Made by a program: the position numbers and the translations under genes. Source: an uncultured Streptococcus sp. (GTDB lineage Bacteria; Bacillota; Bacilli; Lactobacillales; Streptococcaceae). From it: a stretch of 64,000 bases of DNA. Positions 42,255 to 54,131 of this stretch are shown here, piece after piece. The notes beneath the pieces are model-generated. The model was not told the origin of the DNA. It was given only the letters and a program-made list of their open reading frames with translations, and searched no databases. Within the stretch, counting starts at the first letter, position 1, and every line of letters starts with the position of its first letter. Location: assembly GCA_963522215.1 (NCBI GenBank), contig CAUQXM010000003.1, positions 306 to 64,305 on the forward strand. The letters are read 5' to 3'.

Positions 42255-42501
42255 AGATGGAAAAATTACAGTCTTTTCTCTCACAGAGAGCTTGTGGTTG
42301 CTGGAAACAAGCAGAGAAAGCTGTAAGGTTGGGTCCATCTGAAACGAGAGAAGAAAACATAATTCTCAAGGGAGTGCCCTTTATCGCACAGCCTGTTACA
42401 GGAGGTTTCTGAGACAGGAATGAGAGATAGGAGAAATCCTATAATTGAGGTGGCACCGCGAATTTCGTCCTCACGCAAGTTATTTTGCGTGGGGATTTTT
42501 C
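42255..42501 (+). ncRNA. Trp T-box riboswitch 2
   Basis: Stem I AGATGG/CCATCT with AGAGA and GCTG motifs and TGG specifier; AATTGAGGTGGCACCGCG at 42443; terminator TCCTCACGCAAG/TTTGCGTGGGGA-TTTTT. Confidence 0.9.
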
Positions 42502-42546
42502 ATACAGTCGCCACGGACTAGAAGTAGAACTGAAAGGGAAATTACA

Positions 42547-43908
42547 ATGGAACGAATCATTCATGGAGATGTCTTATCACCAATCTTGGCTTATATGCGC
42601 CTAAAGGGGCAACACAAGGTTATTTTAGAAAGTATTCCGAGAGACAAGGAAACAGCTCGTTTTTCTATCCTAGCCTATAATCCTGTTTTTGAGATTAAGT
42701 TTGAAAATGGGGTCCTTTATCAAAATGGGCAAGTGATTGATCGTGATCCCTTGGATTGTCTTTATGAAGTGACTCATAAGAGCCAACACCATTCAGACCT
42801 CCCTTTTGGTGGGGGAGCCATTGGATTTGTTGGCTACGATATGATTTCGCTTTATGAAGAAATTGGTCAAATTCCTGAAGATACAATTGGAACGCCAGAC
42901 ATGCATTTCTTTGTCTATGAGAGTTACATGGTCTTTGACCACAAGAAGGAAAAAATCCATGTCATCGAGGATGCTCTCTATAGCGAGCGTAGTCAAGAAG
43001 ACTTGGAAAAAGCCTTGAACCAAGTGCTTGAGGAATTACGCATTCCTGCTCCAAATGAATTTGAAGACTTGGATCTATCTCCACTGGACTTCAAACCGCA
43101 TATCGCTCCTCAGAAGTTTGAGGAAATGGTGGAAACAGCTCGTGACTTGATTCGTAATGGCGATATGTTCCAATGTGTACTCAGCCAGCGCTTCTCAGCA
43201 GAAGTTACTGGAAATCCATTTGACTTCTACAGAAATCTCCGCGTGACTAATCCTTCTAATTACCTTTATTTCTATGATTTTGGGGATTATCAAATCATCG
43301 GTGCCAGTCCAGAAAGTTTGGTTTCTGTCAAAAATGGCATCGTAACAACCAATCCGATTGCAGGGACACGACCAAGAGGAGCTACGGATGAAGAAGACAA
43401 GGCTTTGGCGACAGACCTGCTTTCGGATGAGAAGGAAACAGCAGAGCATCGAATGTTAGTAGACTTGGGTCGTAATGATATTGGCCGCATCTCTGAAACG
43501 GCCAGTGTCCAAGTCACCAAGTATATGGAAGTGGAGCTCTTCCGTTATGTTATGCATTTGACCAGTGTGGTCAAGGGGCGTTTGCTTCCAGAACTCACTG
43601 CCATAGATGCTTTAAAATCAACACTTCCAGCTGGAACAGTTTCAGGAGCACCAAAGATTCGCGCGATGAGACGCATCTATGAACTGGAAACGGAAAAACG
43701 GGGCGTATACGCAGGAGCAATCGGCTACTTGTCTGCGACGGGTGATATGGATTTCGCCATTGCCATCCGAACCATGATTCTCAAAAATCAAACAGCCTAT
43801 GTGCAGGCTGGGGCAGGGATTGTCTACGACTCCATCGCCCAAAACGAATACCAAGAAACCATTAACAAAGCTAAATCTATGACTAGAATTGGAGAACTAA
43901 GACCATGA
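42547..43908 (+). CDS. trpE: Anthranilate synthase component I
   Basis: NPSNY, GASPE, PIAGTRPRG, EHRMLVDLGRND. Confidence 0.96.
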   Translation: MERIIHGDVLSPILAYMRLKGQHKVILESIPRDKETARFSILAYNPVFEIKFENGVLYQNGQVIDRDPLDCLYEVTHKSQHHSDLPFGGGAIGFVGYDMISLYEEIGQIPEDTIGTPDMHFFVYESYMVFDHKKEKIHVIEDALYSERSQEDLEKALNQVLEELRIPAPNEFEDLDLSPLDFKPHIAPQKFEEMVETARDLIRNGDMFQCVLSQRFSAEVTGNPFDFYRNLRVTNPSNYLYFYDFGDYQIIGASPESLVSVKNGIVTTNPIAGTRPRGATDEEDKALATDLLSDEKETAEHRMLVDLGRNDIGRISETASVQVTKYMEVELFRYVMHLTSVVKGRLLPELTAIDALKSTLPAGTVSGAPKIRAMRRIYELETEKRGVYAGAIGYLSATGDMDFAIAIRTMILKNQTAYVQAGAGIVYDSIAQNEYQETINKAKSMTRIGELRP

Positions 43909-44471
43909 TTTTATTGATTGACAACTATGATTCTTTTACCTATAACTTGGCCCAATACATTGGGAATTTTGCAGAAGTTCAGGTCTTGAGAAATGATGAT
44001 CCCAAGCTGTATGAAGAAGCTGAAAAAGCAGATGGTCTGGTCTTTTCTCCTGGTCCTGGTTGGCCAGTTGATGCTGGAAAGATGGAAGACATGATTCGTG
44101 ATTTTGCTGGCAAGAAGCCGATTCTTGGAATTTGTTTGGGCCACCAAGCTATCGCAGAAGTCTTTGGCGGTAAGCTAGGCTTGGCTCCAAAAGTCATGCA
44201 TGGGAAACAGAGCAATATCAACTTTGAAGCGCCATCTGTTCTGTATCAAGGTATCGAGGATGGCCGTGCGGTCATGCGTTACCACAGTATTTTGATTGAA
44301 GAAATGCCAGAAGACTTTGAAGTGACAGCTCGTTCGACTGATGACCAAGCTATCATGGGAATTCAACACAAAAGCCTCCCGATTTATGGCTTCCAGTACC
44401 ATCCAGAGAGTATTGGAACGCCAGATGGCTTGTCTTCTATTCGGAATTTTATCGAGAAGGTTGTAAAGTGA
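43905..44471 (+). CDS. trpG: Anthranilate synthase component II
   Basis: [23 protein letters not shown]. Confidence 0.96.
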   Translation: MILLIDNYDSFTYNLAQYIGNFAEVQVLRNDDPKLYEEAEKADGLVFSPGPGWPVDAGKMEDMIRDFAGKKPILGICLGHQAIAEVFGGKLGLAPKVMHGKQSNINFEAPSVLYQGIEDGRAVMRYHSILIEEMPEDFEVTARSTDDQAIMGIQHKSLPIYGFQYHPESIGTPDGLSSIRNFIEKVVK

Positions 44472-44481
44472 GGAAACTAGG

Positions 44482-45486
44482 ATGAAAGAGATTATTGAAA
44501 AACTAGCAAAATTTGAAAATTTATCAGGTGTGGAAATGACGGATGTCATTGAGCGTATCGTAACTGGGCGTGTAACGGAAGCGCAAATTGCTTCTCTCCT
44601 CTTAGCTCTTAAGATGAAGGGGGAAACACCTGAAGAACGCACAGCCATTGCCCAAGTCATGAGAGGACATGCCCAACATATTCCAACTGAGATTCATGAT
44701 GCCATGGACAACTGTGGTACAGGTGGGGACAAGTCTTTCAGCTTTAACATCTCCACAACTGCAGCCTTTGTCTTGGCTGGTGGTGGTGTTCATATGGCAA
44801 AACACGGTAATCGCTCGATTTCTTCTAAATCTGGTTCTGCAGATGTCCTCGAAGCCTTGGGTATCAACCTAGACCTCAAACCAGCTGAACTAGGTAAGGT
44901 CTTTGATAAAACTGGCATCGTCTTTCTCTTTGCTAAAAATATGCATCCAGCTATGAAATACATCATGCCAGCTCGTTTGGAATTGGGAATTCCAACGATT
45001 ATGAACTTGACTGGTCCTCTGATTCACCCAATGGCTTTGGAAACACAGCTTCTTGGTATTAGTCGTCCAGAACTGCTAGAAAGTACAGCTCAGGTTTTGA
45101 AAAATATGGGTCGCAAACGTGCTATTGTGGTTGCTGGACCAGAAGGATTGGATGAAGCTGGTTTGAATGGAACAACCAAGATTGCACTTCTTGAGAATGG
45201 CGAAATCAGCTTGTCAAGCTTTACTCCAGAGGATTTGGGGATGGAACGCTACGCTATCGAAGATATCCGTGGTGGCAATGCTCAGGAAAATGCAGAAATT
45301 TTGCTCAGCGTTCTTAAAAATGAACCAAGTCCATTCTTGGAAACGACAGTTTTAAATGCTGGTCTTGGTTTCTATGCTAATGGTAAGGTAGATAATATCA
45401 AGGATGGAGTTGCCTTAGCTCGCCAAGTCATTGCTAGTGGCAAGGCCCTTGAAAAACTCAGACTGTTACAGGAGTACCAAAAATGA
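44482..45486 (+). CDS. trpD: Anthranilate phosphoribosyltransferase
   Basis: [26 protein letters not shown]. Confidence 0.96.
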   Translation: MKEIIEKLAKFENLSGVEMTDVIERIVTGRVTEAQIASLLLALKMKGETPEERTAIAQVMRGHAQHIPTEIHDAMDNCGTGGDKSFSFNISTTAAFVLAGGGVHMAKHGNRSISSKSGSADVLEALGINLDLKPAELGKVFDKTGIVFLFAKNMHPAMKYIMPARLELGIPTIMNLTGPLIHPMALETQLLGISRPELLESTAQVLKNMGRKRAIVVAGPEGLDEAGLNGTTKIALLENGEISLSSFTPEDLGMERYAIEDIRGGNAQENAEILLSVLKNEPSPFLETTVLNAGLGFYANGKVDNIKDGVALARQVIASGKALEKLRLLQEYQK

Positions 45487-46250
45487 GTCAGGAATTTTTA
45501 GCACGAATTTTGGAGCAGAAGGCGCGTGAGGTTGAGCAGATGGAGCTGGAGGAAATCCAGCCCCTGCGCCAGACCTATCGCTTGGCAGAATTTTTGAAGA
45601 ATCATCAGGCCCGCTTGCAGGTAATCGCTGAGGTCAAGAAGGCTAGCCCTAGTTTGGGAGATATCAATCTCGATGTGGATATTGTGCAACAGGCCCATAC
45701 TTATGAAGTGAACGGAGCAGTGATGATTTCTGTTCTGACAGATGAAGTTTTCTTTAAAGGGCATTTGGATTATCTGAGGGAGATTTCCAGTCAGGTGCAG
45801 ATTCCGACGCTCAACAAGGACTTTATTATCGATGAAAAGCAAATCATCCGCGCTCGCAATGCAGGTGCAACAGTCATCCTGCTCATTGTGGCAGCCTTGT
45901 CCGAAGAACGTCTCAAGGAACTTTACAACTACGCGACAGAGCTTGGTCTGGAAGTCTTGGTGGAAACACACAATCTAGCTGAACTAGAAGTGGCTCACAG
46001 ACTTGGTGCCCAGATTATCGGTGTCAATAACCGCAATTTGACTACCTTTGAAGTTGACTTGCAGACCAGTGTAGACTTGTCCCAGCACTTTAAGGAAGGA
46101 CGCTATTACATTTCTGAATCTGCTATTTTCACAGGGCAGGATGCGGAACGAGTAGCACCATACTTTAACGGAATTTTGGTAGGGACAGCTCTCATGCAGG
46201 CAGAAGATGTAGCCCAGAGAATCAAGGAGTTGCAGATTGACAAAGGTTAA
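45483..46250 (+). CDS. trpC: Indole-3-glycerol phosphate synthase
   Basis: [22 protein letters not shown]. Confidence 0.96.
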   Translation: MSQEFLARILEQKAREVEQMELEEIQPLRQTYRLAEFLKNHQARLQVIAEVKKASPSLGDINLDVDIVQQAHTYEVNGAVMISVLTDEVFFKGHLDYLREISSQVQIPTLNKDFIIDEKQIIRARNAGATVILLIVAALSEERLKELYNYATELGLEVLVETHNLAELEVAHRLGAQIIGVNNRNLTTFEVDLQTSVDLSQHFKEGRYYISESAIFTGQDAERVAPYFNGILVGTALMQAEDVAQRIKELQIDKG

Positions 46251-46836
46251 GATTTGTGGACTATCGACCAAAGAAGCGGTGGAAACAGCCGTATCAGCAG
46301 GAGCCGACTACATCGGTTTTGTCTTTGCACCTAGTAAAAGACAGGTGACTTTGGATCAGGCTGCTGAGCTGGCAAAGCTTATTCCTGCAGATGTCAAAAA
46401 GGTTGGTGTATTTGTTTCACCAAGTCGGGCAGAACTGCTAGAAGCCATTGAAAAAGTTGGTTTGGACTTGGTTCAAGTTCACGGTCAGGTGGCAGATGAT
46501 TTGTTTGATAATTTGCCTTGTGCCAGCATTCAGGCTGTGCAGGTGGATGGAGAGGGACATGTACCCAATTCTCAGGCAGACTATCTACTCTTTGATGCCC
46601 CTGTGGCTGGGAGTGGCCAGACCTTTGACTGGGCTCAACTGGATACGATTGGACTAACTCAGCCTTTCTTTATCGCAGGTGGGCTTAAGGAAGACAATGT
46701 AGTAAAAGCAATTCAACACTTTACTCCCTATGCAGTAGATGTATCGAGCGGAGTGGAGACAGATGGACAAAAAGATCATGAAAAGATTAGAAGATTTATA
46801 GAGAGGGTAAAGAATGGCATATCAAGAACCAAATAA
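46237..46836 (+). CDS. trpF: Phosphoribosylanthranilate isomerase
   Basis: KVKICGL, QVHG, DVSSGVE. Confidence 0.95.
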   Translation: MTKVKICGLSTKEAVETAVSAGADYIGFVFAPSKRQVTLDQAAELAKLIPADVKKVGVFVSPSRAELLEAIEKVGLDLVQVHGQVADDLFDNLPCASIQAVQVDGEGHVPNSQADYLLFDAPVAGSGQTFDWAQLDTIGLTQPFFIAGGLKEDNVVKAIQHFTPYAVDVSSGVETDGQKDHEKIRRFIERVKNGISRTK

Positions 46837-48037
46837 AGATGGATTTTACGGAAAATTCGGCGGACGTTTTGTCCCAGAAACATTGATGACAGCAGTTTTG
46901 GAGTTGGAGAAGGCCTACCGTGAAAGTCAGGCAGACCCAAGTTTCCAAGAGGAATTAAACCAACTCTTGCGCCAGTATGTGGGGCGTGAAACTCCTCTTT
47001 ACTACGCAAAAAACTTGACCCAGCATATTGGCGGAGCCAAGATTTATCTAAAACGTGAAGACCTTAACCATACAGGGGCCCACAAGATTAACAATGCCTT
47101 GGGACAAGTTCTTCTGGCTAAACGCATGGGTAAAAAGAAAATTATCGCTGAAACAGGTGCTGGTCAGCACGGTGTGGCAACTGCAACTGCTGCAGCCCTC
47201 TTTAACATGGAATGTACTATCTACATGGGTGAGGAAGATGTCAAACGCCAAGCGCTCAATGTCTTCCGTATGGAGCTTTTGGGAGCCAAGGTTGAGGCAG
47301 TGACAGACGGTTCGCGGGTGCTCAAGGATGCGGTCAATGCAGCCCTTCGTTCATGGGTAGCTAATATCGATGATACCCACTATATCCTTGGTTCCGCCTT
47401 GGGACCTCATCCCTTCCCAGAAATCGTTCGTGACTTCCAAAGTGTCATCGGTCGAGAAGCTAAACAACAGTACCGTGACTTGACAGGTCAAGATCTGCCA
47501 GATGCCCTAGTGGCCTGTGTTGGTGGTGGTTCTAACGCTATCGGTCTCTTCCATCCATTTGTAGAAGATGAGTCAGTAGCTATGTATGGAGCTGAAGCAG
47601 CAGGACTTGGTGTAGACACAGAGCACCACGCAGCTACCTTGACTAAGGGTCGTCCGGGTGTCCTTCACGGTTCTCTCATGGATGTGCTCCAAGATGCCCA
47701 TGGTCAAATTCTTGAAGCCTTCTCTATCTCAGCAGGTTTGGACTATCCTGGTATCGGTCCAGAACATTCTCACTACCACGATATCAAACGTGCCAGCTAT
47801 GTTCCTGTGACAGACGAAGAAGCCTTGGAAGGATTCCAACTCTTGTCTCGTGTGGAAGGGATTATCCCAGCCTTGGAATCTAGCCATGCTATCGCCTTTG
47901 CGGTGAAATTGGCCAAAGAACTTGGACCAGAAAAGTCTATGATTGTCTGCCTATCAGGTCGTGGGGACAAGGATGTGGTTCAAGTCAAAGACCGCTTGGA
48001 AGCAGATGCAGCAAAGAAGGGAGAAGCCCATGCCTAA
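46814..48037 (+). CDS. trpB: Tryptophan synthase beta chain
   Basis: [15 protein letters not shown]; directly upstream of trpA. Confidence 0.97.
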   Translation: MAYQEPNKDGFYGKFGGRFVPETLMTAVLELEKAYRESQADPSFQEELNQLLRQYVGRETPLYYAKNLTQHIGGAKIYLKREDLNHTGAHKINNALGQVLLAKRMGKKKIIAETGAGQHGVATATAAALFNMECTIYMGEEDVKRQALNVFRMELLGAKVEAVTDGSRVLKDAVNAALRSWVANIDDTHYILGSALGPHPFPEIVRDFQSVIGREAKQQYRDLTGQDLPDALVACVGGGSNAIGLFHPFVEDESVAMYGAEAAGLGVDTEHHAATLTKGRPGVLHGSLMDVLQDAHGQILEAFSISAGLDYPGIGPEHSHYHDIKRASYVPVTDEEALEGFQLLSRVEGIIPALESSHAIAFAVKLAKELGPEKSMIVCLSGRGDKDVVQVKDRLEADAAKKGEAHA

Positions 48038-48806
48038 GACACTAACAGAAAAATTGAATGCTATCAAAGCAGCTGGAAAAGGAATTTTCGTTCCCTATAT
48101 CATGGCTGGAGACCATGAGAAAGGTTTGGACGGTCTTGCTGAAACAATTCACTTTTTAGAAGATTTGGGTGTCTCTGCAATTGAAGTGGGCATTCCCTTT
48201 TCAGACCCTGTTGCAGATGGACCTGTTATCGAAGAAGCTGGCTTGCGCAGTTTAGCCCACGGGACCTCTACCCAGGCTTTGGTTGAAACCTTGAAAACCA
48301 TTGAAACAGAGGTTCCGCTGGTCATTATGACCTACTTCAATCCCCTCTTTCAGTACGGTGTTGAGAACTTTGTCAAAGATTTGGCAGATACAGCGGTTAA
48401 GGGCTTGATTATTCCAGACCTGCCTCATGAGCATGCCAACTTTGTGGAGCCCTTTTTAGCAGATACAGACATTGCTTTGATTCCTTTAGTAAGCTTGACC
48501 ACAGGGATTGAGCGCCAGAAAGAATTAATTAAAGGGGCAGAAGGATTTGTCTATGCGGTTGCCATCAATGGGGTGACAGGGAAATCTGGCAATTACCGCG
48601 CAGACTTGGACAAGCACTTGGCACAATTGCATCAAGTGGCCGATATCCCAGTCTTGACAGGTTTTGGCGTATCTAGTCAAGCCGATGTAGAACGCTTCAA
48701 TGCAGTGTCAGATGGCGTTATCGTCGGTTCAAAAATCGTAAAAGCTCTCCACCAAGGAGAGCCGATTCAGGACTTTATCAAACAAGCAGTAGATTACCAA
48801 AAATAA
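48030..48806 (+). CDS. trpA: Tryptophan synthase alpha chain
   Basis: [14 protein letters not shown]; start MPKTL. Confidence 0.96.
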   Translation: MPKTLTEKLNAIKAAGKGIFVPYIMAGDHEKGLDGLAETIHFLEDLGVSAIEVGIPFSDPVADGPVIEEAGLRSLAHGTSTQALVETLKTIETEVPLVIMTYFNPLFQYGVENFVKDLADTAVKGLIIPDLPHEHANFVEPFLADTDIALIPLVSLTTGIERQKELIKGAEGFVYAVAINGVTGKSGNYRADLDKHLAQLHQVADIPVLTGFGVSSQADVERFNAVSDGVIVGSKIVKALHQGEPIQDFIKQAVDYQK

Positions 48807-49437
48807 TCATGCAAGCAGCAAGTAAGAGGAAAGGCACGAAAGGAAGTCTTTCCTTTTTATTTTGCAGGAGAAAGGCTAGAATTCCCATCGCAGAAGCAAA
48901 CTGAATCAAGATGAGTAATTCTGTTGCGCTAAAGATGAGAGCACAAGAAGCTAAAAAGAGAAAATCCCCTGCGCCCATGCGGATATCGATAAAATGAGCC
49001 AAAAAGCCAAGAGCAAGGAAAAAGACCAAGACCAGATTCCAGCCAGAGGAAGCCATGAGGATTAGGTGGAAAGTCATCCAGACCAGTAGGGGATATTCCT
49101 GATGGCGAAAGTCGTAGATGCCCAAGGTCAAACCAGCGGTGATTAGGACGACTTGCCCCAAGGAAAGCAATTCCCAAGACCAAGCCAGAAAGAGGAGCCC
49201 TAAGCCTAGTTCAAAGAGGGCATACCAGACTGTATAAGGAGACTTGCAGTAGCGACAGCGAAAGCGATTGAGCACTTGCGAGAGAATCGGAATCAAATCT
49301 AAGGGACGCAAGCGAGTCTGACAGGAATCGCAGTGACTAGCAGGTTGGATAATGGATTGCTCTGGAAAACGGTCAATAACCAAACCAAGAAAGGAAGCGA
49401 GAATGCTCCCGACAAGAAAAAAATAAAAATCAATCAT
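48778..49437 (-). CDS. cclA: Type IV prepilin peptidase (competence)
   Basis: SHCDSC..CRYC, YD, MGAGD, PFVPF; cin-box upstream. Confidence 0.93.
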   Translation of the reverse strand: MIDFYFFLVGSILASFLGLVIDRFPEQSIIQPASHCDSCQTRLRPLDLIPILSQVLNRFRCRYCKSPYTVWYALFELGLGLLFLAWSWELLSLGQVVLITAGLTLGIYDFRHQEYPLLVWMTFHLILMASSGWNLVLVFFLALGFLAHFIDIRMGAGDFLFLASCALIFSATELLILIQFASAMGILAFLLQNKKERLPFVPFLLLAACMIIFGNLLLV

Positions 49438-49444
49438 ACTTATC

Positions 49445-49452
49445 TATTCGTA
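49445..49452 (-). promoter_or_regulatory. ComX (SigX) cin-box
   Basis: TACGAATA on the minus strand preceded by a T run, just upstream of cclA. Confidence 0.85.
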
Positions 49453-49506
49453 AAAAATGGGAGAAGTAGTATAATGGAGAAACATAGACAAGATAGTGAG
49501 GTCAAG

Positions 49507-49962
49507 ATGACAATTCGTTTTGAAGAAAATGTGAGCACAGAAAACGCTCAATTCGTATGCCAATGGTCCAACTCCCTTGGCAAATCCTTTCAAGAACAAT
49601 GGATGGGAACAATGATTCCTTTTCCCTTGACAATTCAAGTCTTGCAAGATTTGGAAGGAATCTTTTCAATCTTTGAAGGACAAGAGTTTGTGGGGCTTAT
49701 CCAGAAAATCAGGCTAGAAGACAGGAATCTTCATATCGGGAGATTTTTTATCAACCCCCAGAAACAGGGGCAAGGCTTAGGTAGCCAGGCTTTAAGGAAA
49801 TTTGTTAGTTTGGTCTTTGAAAATGAAGACATAGATACTATTTCTTTAAATGTCTTCGAAGCAAATCAAGCAGCCCAGCACCTTTATCAAAAAGAAGGAT
49901 TTGAAGTCGTTCAAATGGTTGAAGCACCTGTACGAAAATGCATCATGAAAAAGGGGAGATAG
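49507..49962 (+). CDS. GNAT-family acetyltransferase
   Basis: QGQGLG, N..A..LY.K.GF; start after GAGG. Confidence 0.88.
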   Translation: MTIRFEENVSTENAQFVCQWSNSLGKSFQEQWMGTMIPFPLTIQVLQDLEGIFSIFEGQEFVGLIQKIRLEDRNLHIGRFFINPQKQGQGLGSQALRKFVSLVFENEDIDTISLNVFEANQAAQHLYQKEGFEVVQMVEAPVRKCIMKKGR

Positions 49963-50034
49963 GAAGCAAACAGCCTTGAAATCAATCTTGACTGCGATGA
50001 TGAACCTGAATCAGCCCCTCAAAAGGGACTGTAT

Positions 50035-50274
50035 ATGAATGAACGTTACCAGTGTTTAAAAACTAAAGAATATCAGGCACTTTTATCTTCCAAGGGTAGA
50101 CAAATTTTCGCTAAACGTAAGATTGATATGAAATCTGTCTTTGGGCAGATAAAGGTTTGTTTGGGTTATAAGAGATGTTATCTGAGAGGTAAGAGCCAAG
50201 TGAGAATTGACATGGGATTCGTACTCACGGTCAACAACCTGCTGAAATATAATAATAGAAAGAGGCAAAATTAA
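50035..50274 (+). mobile_element. C-terminal fragment of an IS1182-family-like transposase
   Basis: KRKIDMKSVFGQIK..GYKRCYLRG..NNLLKY. Confidence 0.7.
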
Positions 50275-50383
50275 AAAGCTAGAGTTCCGCAATTGGAAAT
50301 TTCTAGCTTTTTGTTTTCTGAGAATCATCTTGACTCAGACTCTTTTGACTAATGTTACTAAAAAGATAAAGTAACTTTTAGCC

Positions 50384-50587
50384 TTATTTATTGTCGCCAC
50401 TCAACATGTTTTTAACACCTTCGATAGCACCTTCTACAGCGTCTTTGGCATCTTCAGCAACTTCTTTTACTTTAGAAACAACTTTTTCAGCTGTTCCTTC
50501 TTTTTCCATTTTTTCATCACCGATGACTTTCCCAACACCTTCTTTAATAGAACCTTTAGCTTGATTTAATTTTTCTTCTACTGACAT
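50384..50587 (-). CDS. CsbD-family protein
   Basis: [14 protein letters not shown]. Confidence 0.88.
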   Translation of the reverse strand: MSVEEKLNQAKGSIKEGVGKVIGDEKMEKEGTAEKVVSKVKEVAEDAKDAVEGAIEGVKNMLSGDNK

Positions 50588-50617
50588 GATAATTTCTCCT
50601 GTTATATTTATTTTATC

Positions 50618-51226
50618 TTAGTTTACACGAGTTTTTTCGTGAGATACTACACCAGTTGCTGCACCTTTAACAGCTTCTACACCTTCGCTAACTTTTTCTT
50701 GAACAGTTGAGAAACCAGATCCAAGACCAGATTTAGCTTTTTCGAATTGTTCTGAAGCGAATTCTCCTGTTGATTCAGCAACGTCAGATACACGATCTTG
50801 AAGGCTTACTGAGTCTGCTTCATGTTGTTCTTTAGTTTTGATGTCGACAACGTTTACGTTGATTTCAACAACTTCCAAGTCAGTCATTTTAGCAACTTCT
50901 GAAGATACGATTTCTCTGATTTCTGAATATAAAGCTGGAACATTTTTTTGGTACTCAACAATAACGTTTAAGTCAACTGCAACTTGTGTTTTACCAACTT
51001 CTACGTTGACACCACTTGTTACGTCATCGCTGTTAACGATTTTTTCTTTAAGATTTGAGAAGAAACCACCGTCGATTCCCAAAAGACCTGAAACGTTTTC
51101 TAGTGACAGACCAATGATTTTTTGGATAACTTTATCTTCGTAAGTAAGTTCTCCTTTGATTTCGTGAGCTACAGCAGTAGCATCTTTCTTTTCTACGTTA
51201 GTGTTAATGTTTTTTTCGTTTGACAT
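50618..51226 (-). CDS. Asp23/Gls24-family envelope stress protein
   Basis: VIQKIIG, GVNVEVGKTQVAVDL, MTDLEVVEINVNV. Confidence 0.92.
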   Translation of the reverse strand: MSNEKNINTNVEKKDATAVAHEIKGELTYEDKVIQKIIGLSLENVSGLLGIDGGFFSNLKEKIVNSDDVTSGVNVEVGKTQVAVDLNVIVEYQKNVPALYSEIREIVSSEVAKMTDLEVVEINVNVVDIKTKEQHEADSVSLQDRVSDVAESTGEFASEQFEKAKSGLGSGFSTVQEKVSEGVEAVKGAATGVVSHEKTRVN

Positions 51227-51265
51227 ATGAAACTCCTTTAATTAAATTAGTAATTTTTATTTTTT

Positions 51266-51436
51266 TTATTTATCTATATAGTTTTTTTCGATATATAATC
51301 CAGCTGCAACTCCCAGTGCTCCTAAAATCAATACAAATATTGTTTTGAAGAAGCCAAAGGAGACAATCAAACAAGCGAGAAATACGCCTATGAGACCTGC
51401 GATTATTGGATATCGATATTGTTTAAGCCATTCCAT
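51266..51436 (-). CDS. Small membrane protein (DUF2273-like), not in the ORF track
   Basis: MEWLKQYRYPIIAGLIG..GFFKTIF..YIDK*, 56 aa, typical member of asp23 operons. Confidence 0.8.
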   Translation of the reverse strand: MEWLKQYRYPIIAGLIGVFLACLIVSFGFFKTIFVLILGALGVAAGLYIEKNYIDK

Positions 51437-51446
51437 TTTTACTTCC

Positions 51447-52025
51447 TTACTTTACACGACTAGCAGTTTTTTTCTTTTGAGCTTTAGGCTGTGGCTGATA
51501 GTCTTTTACCAAGACGTCCAATTTCACCTGACGCTCAATACCAAAGAATTGCTTTAATCCATTAGCTATTTCATTTTGAATTAGTTGGCATCTGTCAGCG
51601 ATGTTGTCCGAAGGAAGAATTTTACCTTCTACATGAACGAAACATTTATTTTTTCGTAAATTTACATGAACAGTTGGGTTCTTGATCAATCCATGATCAC
51701 TCACCAAACTTCTAACAAAACCTTCGATTGCTGAATTCTTTAATTTCAATGTATCGTTTTTAGTTTCAAGTTGAATTTCCAAATAACGTTTAGGATAAAA
51801 CAACACAACTAACATCGATAACAAAACTAAAGTTGATAGAGCCACTATCCCCCAGAATATATATCTAGAGAGATAGAATTCAACGAAATGATTCTGTCTC
51901 CAGCTAAATAGCTGAATGCCTAGATCACTAACTTGATGATAATCTATCAAAACAGGAAGGAAAATTGTCAAGATTAAAATACAGAAAATAATTAAACATA
52001 TTTTCTTTGCTTTTGACATATACAA
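51447..52025 (-). CDS. AmaP-like alkaline shock membrane anchor
   Basis: Two N-terminal TM helices; LKLKNSAIEGFV; SRVK end; asp23 operon. Confidence 0.8.
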   Translation of the reverse strand: MYMSKAKKICLIIFCILILTIFLPVLIDYHQVSDLGIQLFSWRQNHFVEFYLSRYIFWGIVALSTLVLLSMLVVLFYPKRYLEIQLETKNDTLKLKNSAIEGFVRSLVSDHGLIKNPTVHVNLRKNKCFVHVEGKILPSDNIADRCQLIQNEIANGLKQFFGIERQVKLDVLVKDYQPQPKAQKKKTASRVK

Positions 52026-52095
52026 TCCTTTCGATTTAACATTAAACTATTTTTACCCGTCTAATCTATTTAAAAATAGTTTATTCTACAAGTAA

Positions 52096-52332
52096 TTATT
52101 TTTTACCTGTAAAGAATGACACTACAGTAATCACAATAGCTGCACCTACAATAGATGGGATCAAAGCCATTCCAGCGATTGATGGGCCCCAACTACCTAA
52201 AAGGGATTGTCCTACAGATGCCCCGACTAAACCAGCGAATACATTTGCGATGATTCCCATAGAACTACCTTTTTTAGTGATTTTACCTGCCAAGAGACCA
52301 ATAAGACCTCCTGCAATAATTGACCACAACAT
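52096..52332 (-). CDS. GlsB/YeaQ/YmgE-family membrane protein
   Basis: 78 aa Gly-rich hydrophobic; MGIIANVFAGLVG. Confidence 0.85.
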   Translation of the reverse strand: MLWSIIAGGLIGLLAGKITKKGSSMGIIANVFAGLVGASVGQSLLGSWGPSIAGMALIPSIVGAAIVITVVSFFTGKK

Positions 52333-52617
52333 TGCTTACCCTCCTTTTTTATTTTAATCTCAAAAAATCAATTTTTTTGATTGTTGCTATTATATAATTT
52401 TTAAAATTAAAAATATAATCTTTCGACTTGAATTTGATTCTGTATTCACGCCCTCAATAGACGCTAAAATAAGAAAATTGTTTATATATTGCCTCCGTAG
52501 TGTTATTATACGAGATAAAGGATCTTAGTAAAAGTCGTTATAGCATGCTATACCTTTTCTTTGTGGTATAATTGCAAGAGGTTTAATCCGATAATTTATA
52601 AAGAGAGAAAGACATTC

Positions 52618-54096
52618 ATGAGAGATTTATTATCTAAAAAAAGTCATAGGCAATTAGAATTATTAGAATTATTATTTGAACATAAACGTTGGTTTCATCG
52701 TTCTGAACTAGCAGAGTTACTAAATTGTACAGAACGTGCAGTCAAAGATGATCTATCCCATGTTAAATCTGCTTTTCCTTACTTGATTTTTCATTCTTCT
52801 ACTAATGGTATACGCATTATTAATACCGATGATAGTGATATTGAAATGGTTTACCATCATTTCTTTAAACATTCAACTCATTTTTTGATTTTAGAATTTA
52901 TCTTCTTTAATGAAGGGTGTCAAGCTGAGAGTATTTGTAAAGAATTTTATATCAGTTCTTCCTCTCTTTACCGTATCATCAGTCATATTAATAAAATTAT
53001 TAAGAAACAATATCGTTTTGAAATTAACCTTAATCCAGTTCGAATCACAGGAAATGAGATTGATATCCGTTACTTTTTTGCTCAGTATTTTTCAGAGAAA
53101 TATTATTTCTTTGAATGGCCTTTTGAAGATTTTTCAGTAGAACCTTTGTGTAAGCTGTTAGCACTGGTCTATAAAGAAACAGCATTTCCTGTCAATTTCG
53201 CAACTCAAAGAATGCTAAAGTTGCTCCTCGTTACGAATTTATATCGAATAAAGTTTAGTCATTTCTTGGAAGTTGAGAAAAATTCTTTTAACGACCAAAG
53301 TTTGAATGCTTTGATGCAGGCAGAAGGAATAGAAGGTGTTGCACAGAGTTTTGAATCAGAATACAATCTCTCTTTAGATGAAGAAGTTGTTTGCCAATTA
53401 TTTGTGTCTTACTTTCAAAAAATGTTTTTCATAGATGAAAGTCTCTTTATAAAATGCGTAAAAAATGATAGCTATGTTGAAAAATCTTACCATCTATTGA
53501 GTGATTTTATTGATCAGATTTCAGTCAAGTATCAGATTGAGATTGAGAATAAGGATAATCTGATTTGGCATCTGCATAATACCGCACATCTGTATCGTCA
53601 AGAGTTGTCCACTGAGTTTATTCTATTTGATCAAAAAGGGAATACAATCAGGAATTTTCAAAATATTTTTCCTAAATTTGTTTCAGAGGTGAAGGAAGGA
53701 ATTGAACATTATCTAGAGGTTTTAGGTATGGATTGTAATTCGATGAAAGTCAATCATTTGTCCTATACTTTTATCACCCATAGCAAACACTTAGTTCTAA
53801 ATCTTTTACAAAATCAACCTAAATTAAAGGTTTTAGTCATGAGCAATTTTGATCAGTATCATGCAAAATCAGTAGCGGAAACACTTTCTTATTATTGCAG
53901 CAACAATTTTGAACTGGAAGTTTGGAATGAATTAGAGTTATCACTTGAGTCTCTAAAAGATTCACCTTACGATATCATTATTTCTAATTTTATTATTCCT
54001 CCTATTGAAAATAAGAGACTAATCTATTCCAATAATGTCAATACAGTCGCTCTCATCTCTTTGCTTAACGCAATGATGTTTATTCGATTAGATTAG
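52618..54096 (+). CDS. mga: Mga/AtxA-family regulator (MgaSpn-like)
   Basis: MRDLLSKKSHRQLELLELL, YISSSSLYR, GNEIDIRYF; TGTGGTATAAT extended -10 at 52562. Confidence 0.88.
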   Translation: MRDLLSKKSHRQLELLELLFEHKRWFHRSELAELLNCTERAVKDDLSHVKSAFPYLIFHSSTNGIRIINTDDSDIEMVYHHFFKHSTHFLILEFIFFNEGCQAESICKEFYISSSSLYRIISHINKIIKKQYRFEINLNPVRITGNEIDIRYFFAQYFSEKYYFFEWPFEDFSVEPLCKLLALVYKETAFPVNFATQRMLKLLLVTNLYRIKFSHFLEVEKNSFNDQSLNALMQAEGIEGVAQSFESEYNLSLDEEVVCQLFVSYFQKMFFIDESLFIKCVKNDSYVEKSYHLLSDFIDQISVKYQIEIENKDNLIWHLHNTAHLYRQELSTEFILFDQKGNTIRNFQNIFPKFVSEVKEGIEHYLEVLGMDCNSMKVNHLSYTFITHSKHLVLNLLQNQPKLKVLVMSNFDQYHAKSVAETLSYYCSNNFELEVWNELELSLESLKDSPYDIIISNFIIPPIENKRLIYSNNVNTVALISLLNAMMFIRLD

Positions 54097-54131
54097 TAAC
54101 CTAAAATAACAAAAAAACGCTATTTAGCGTT

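Noticed and set aside
51345..51557. 70-aa plus-strand ORF
   Set aside because: Antisense to the DUF2273-like and amaP-like genes
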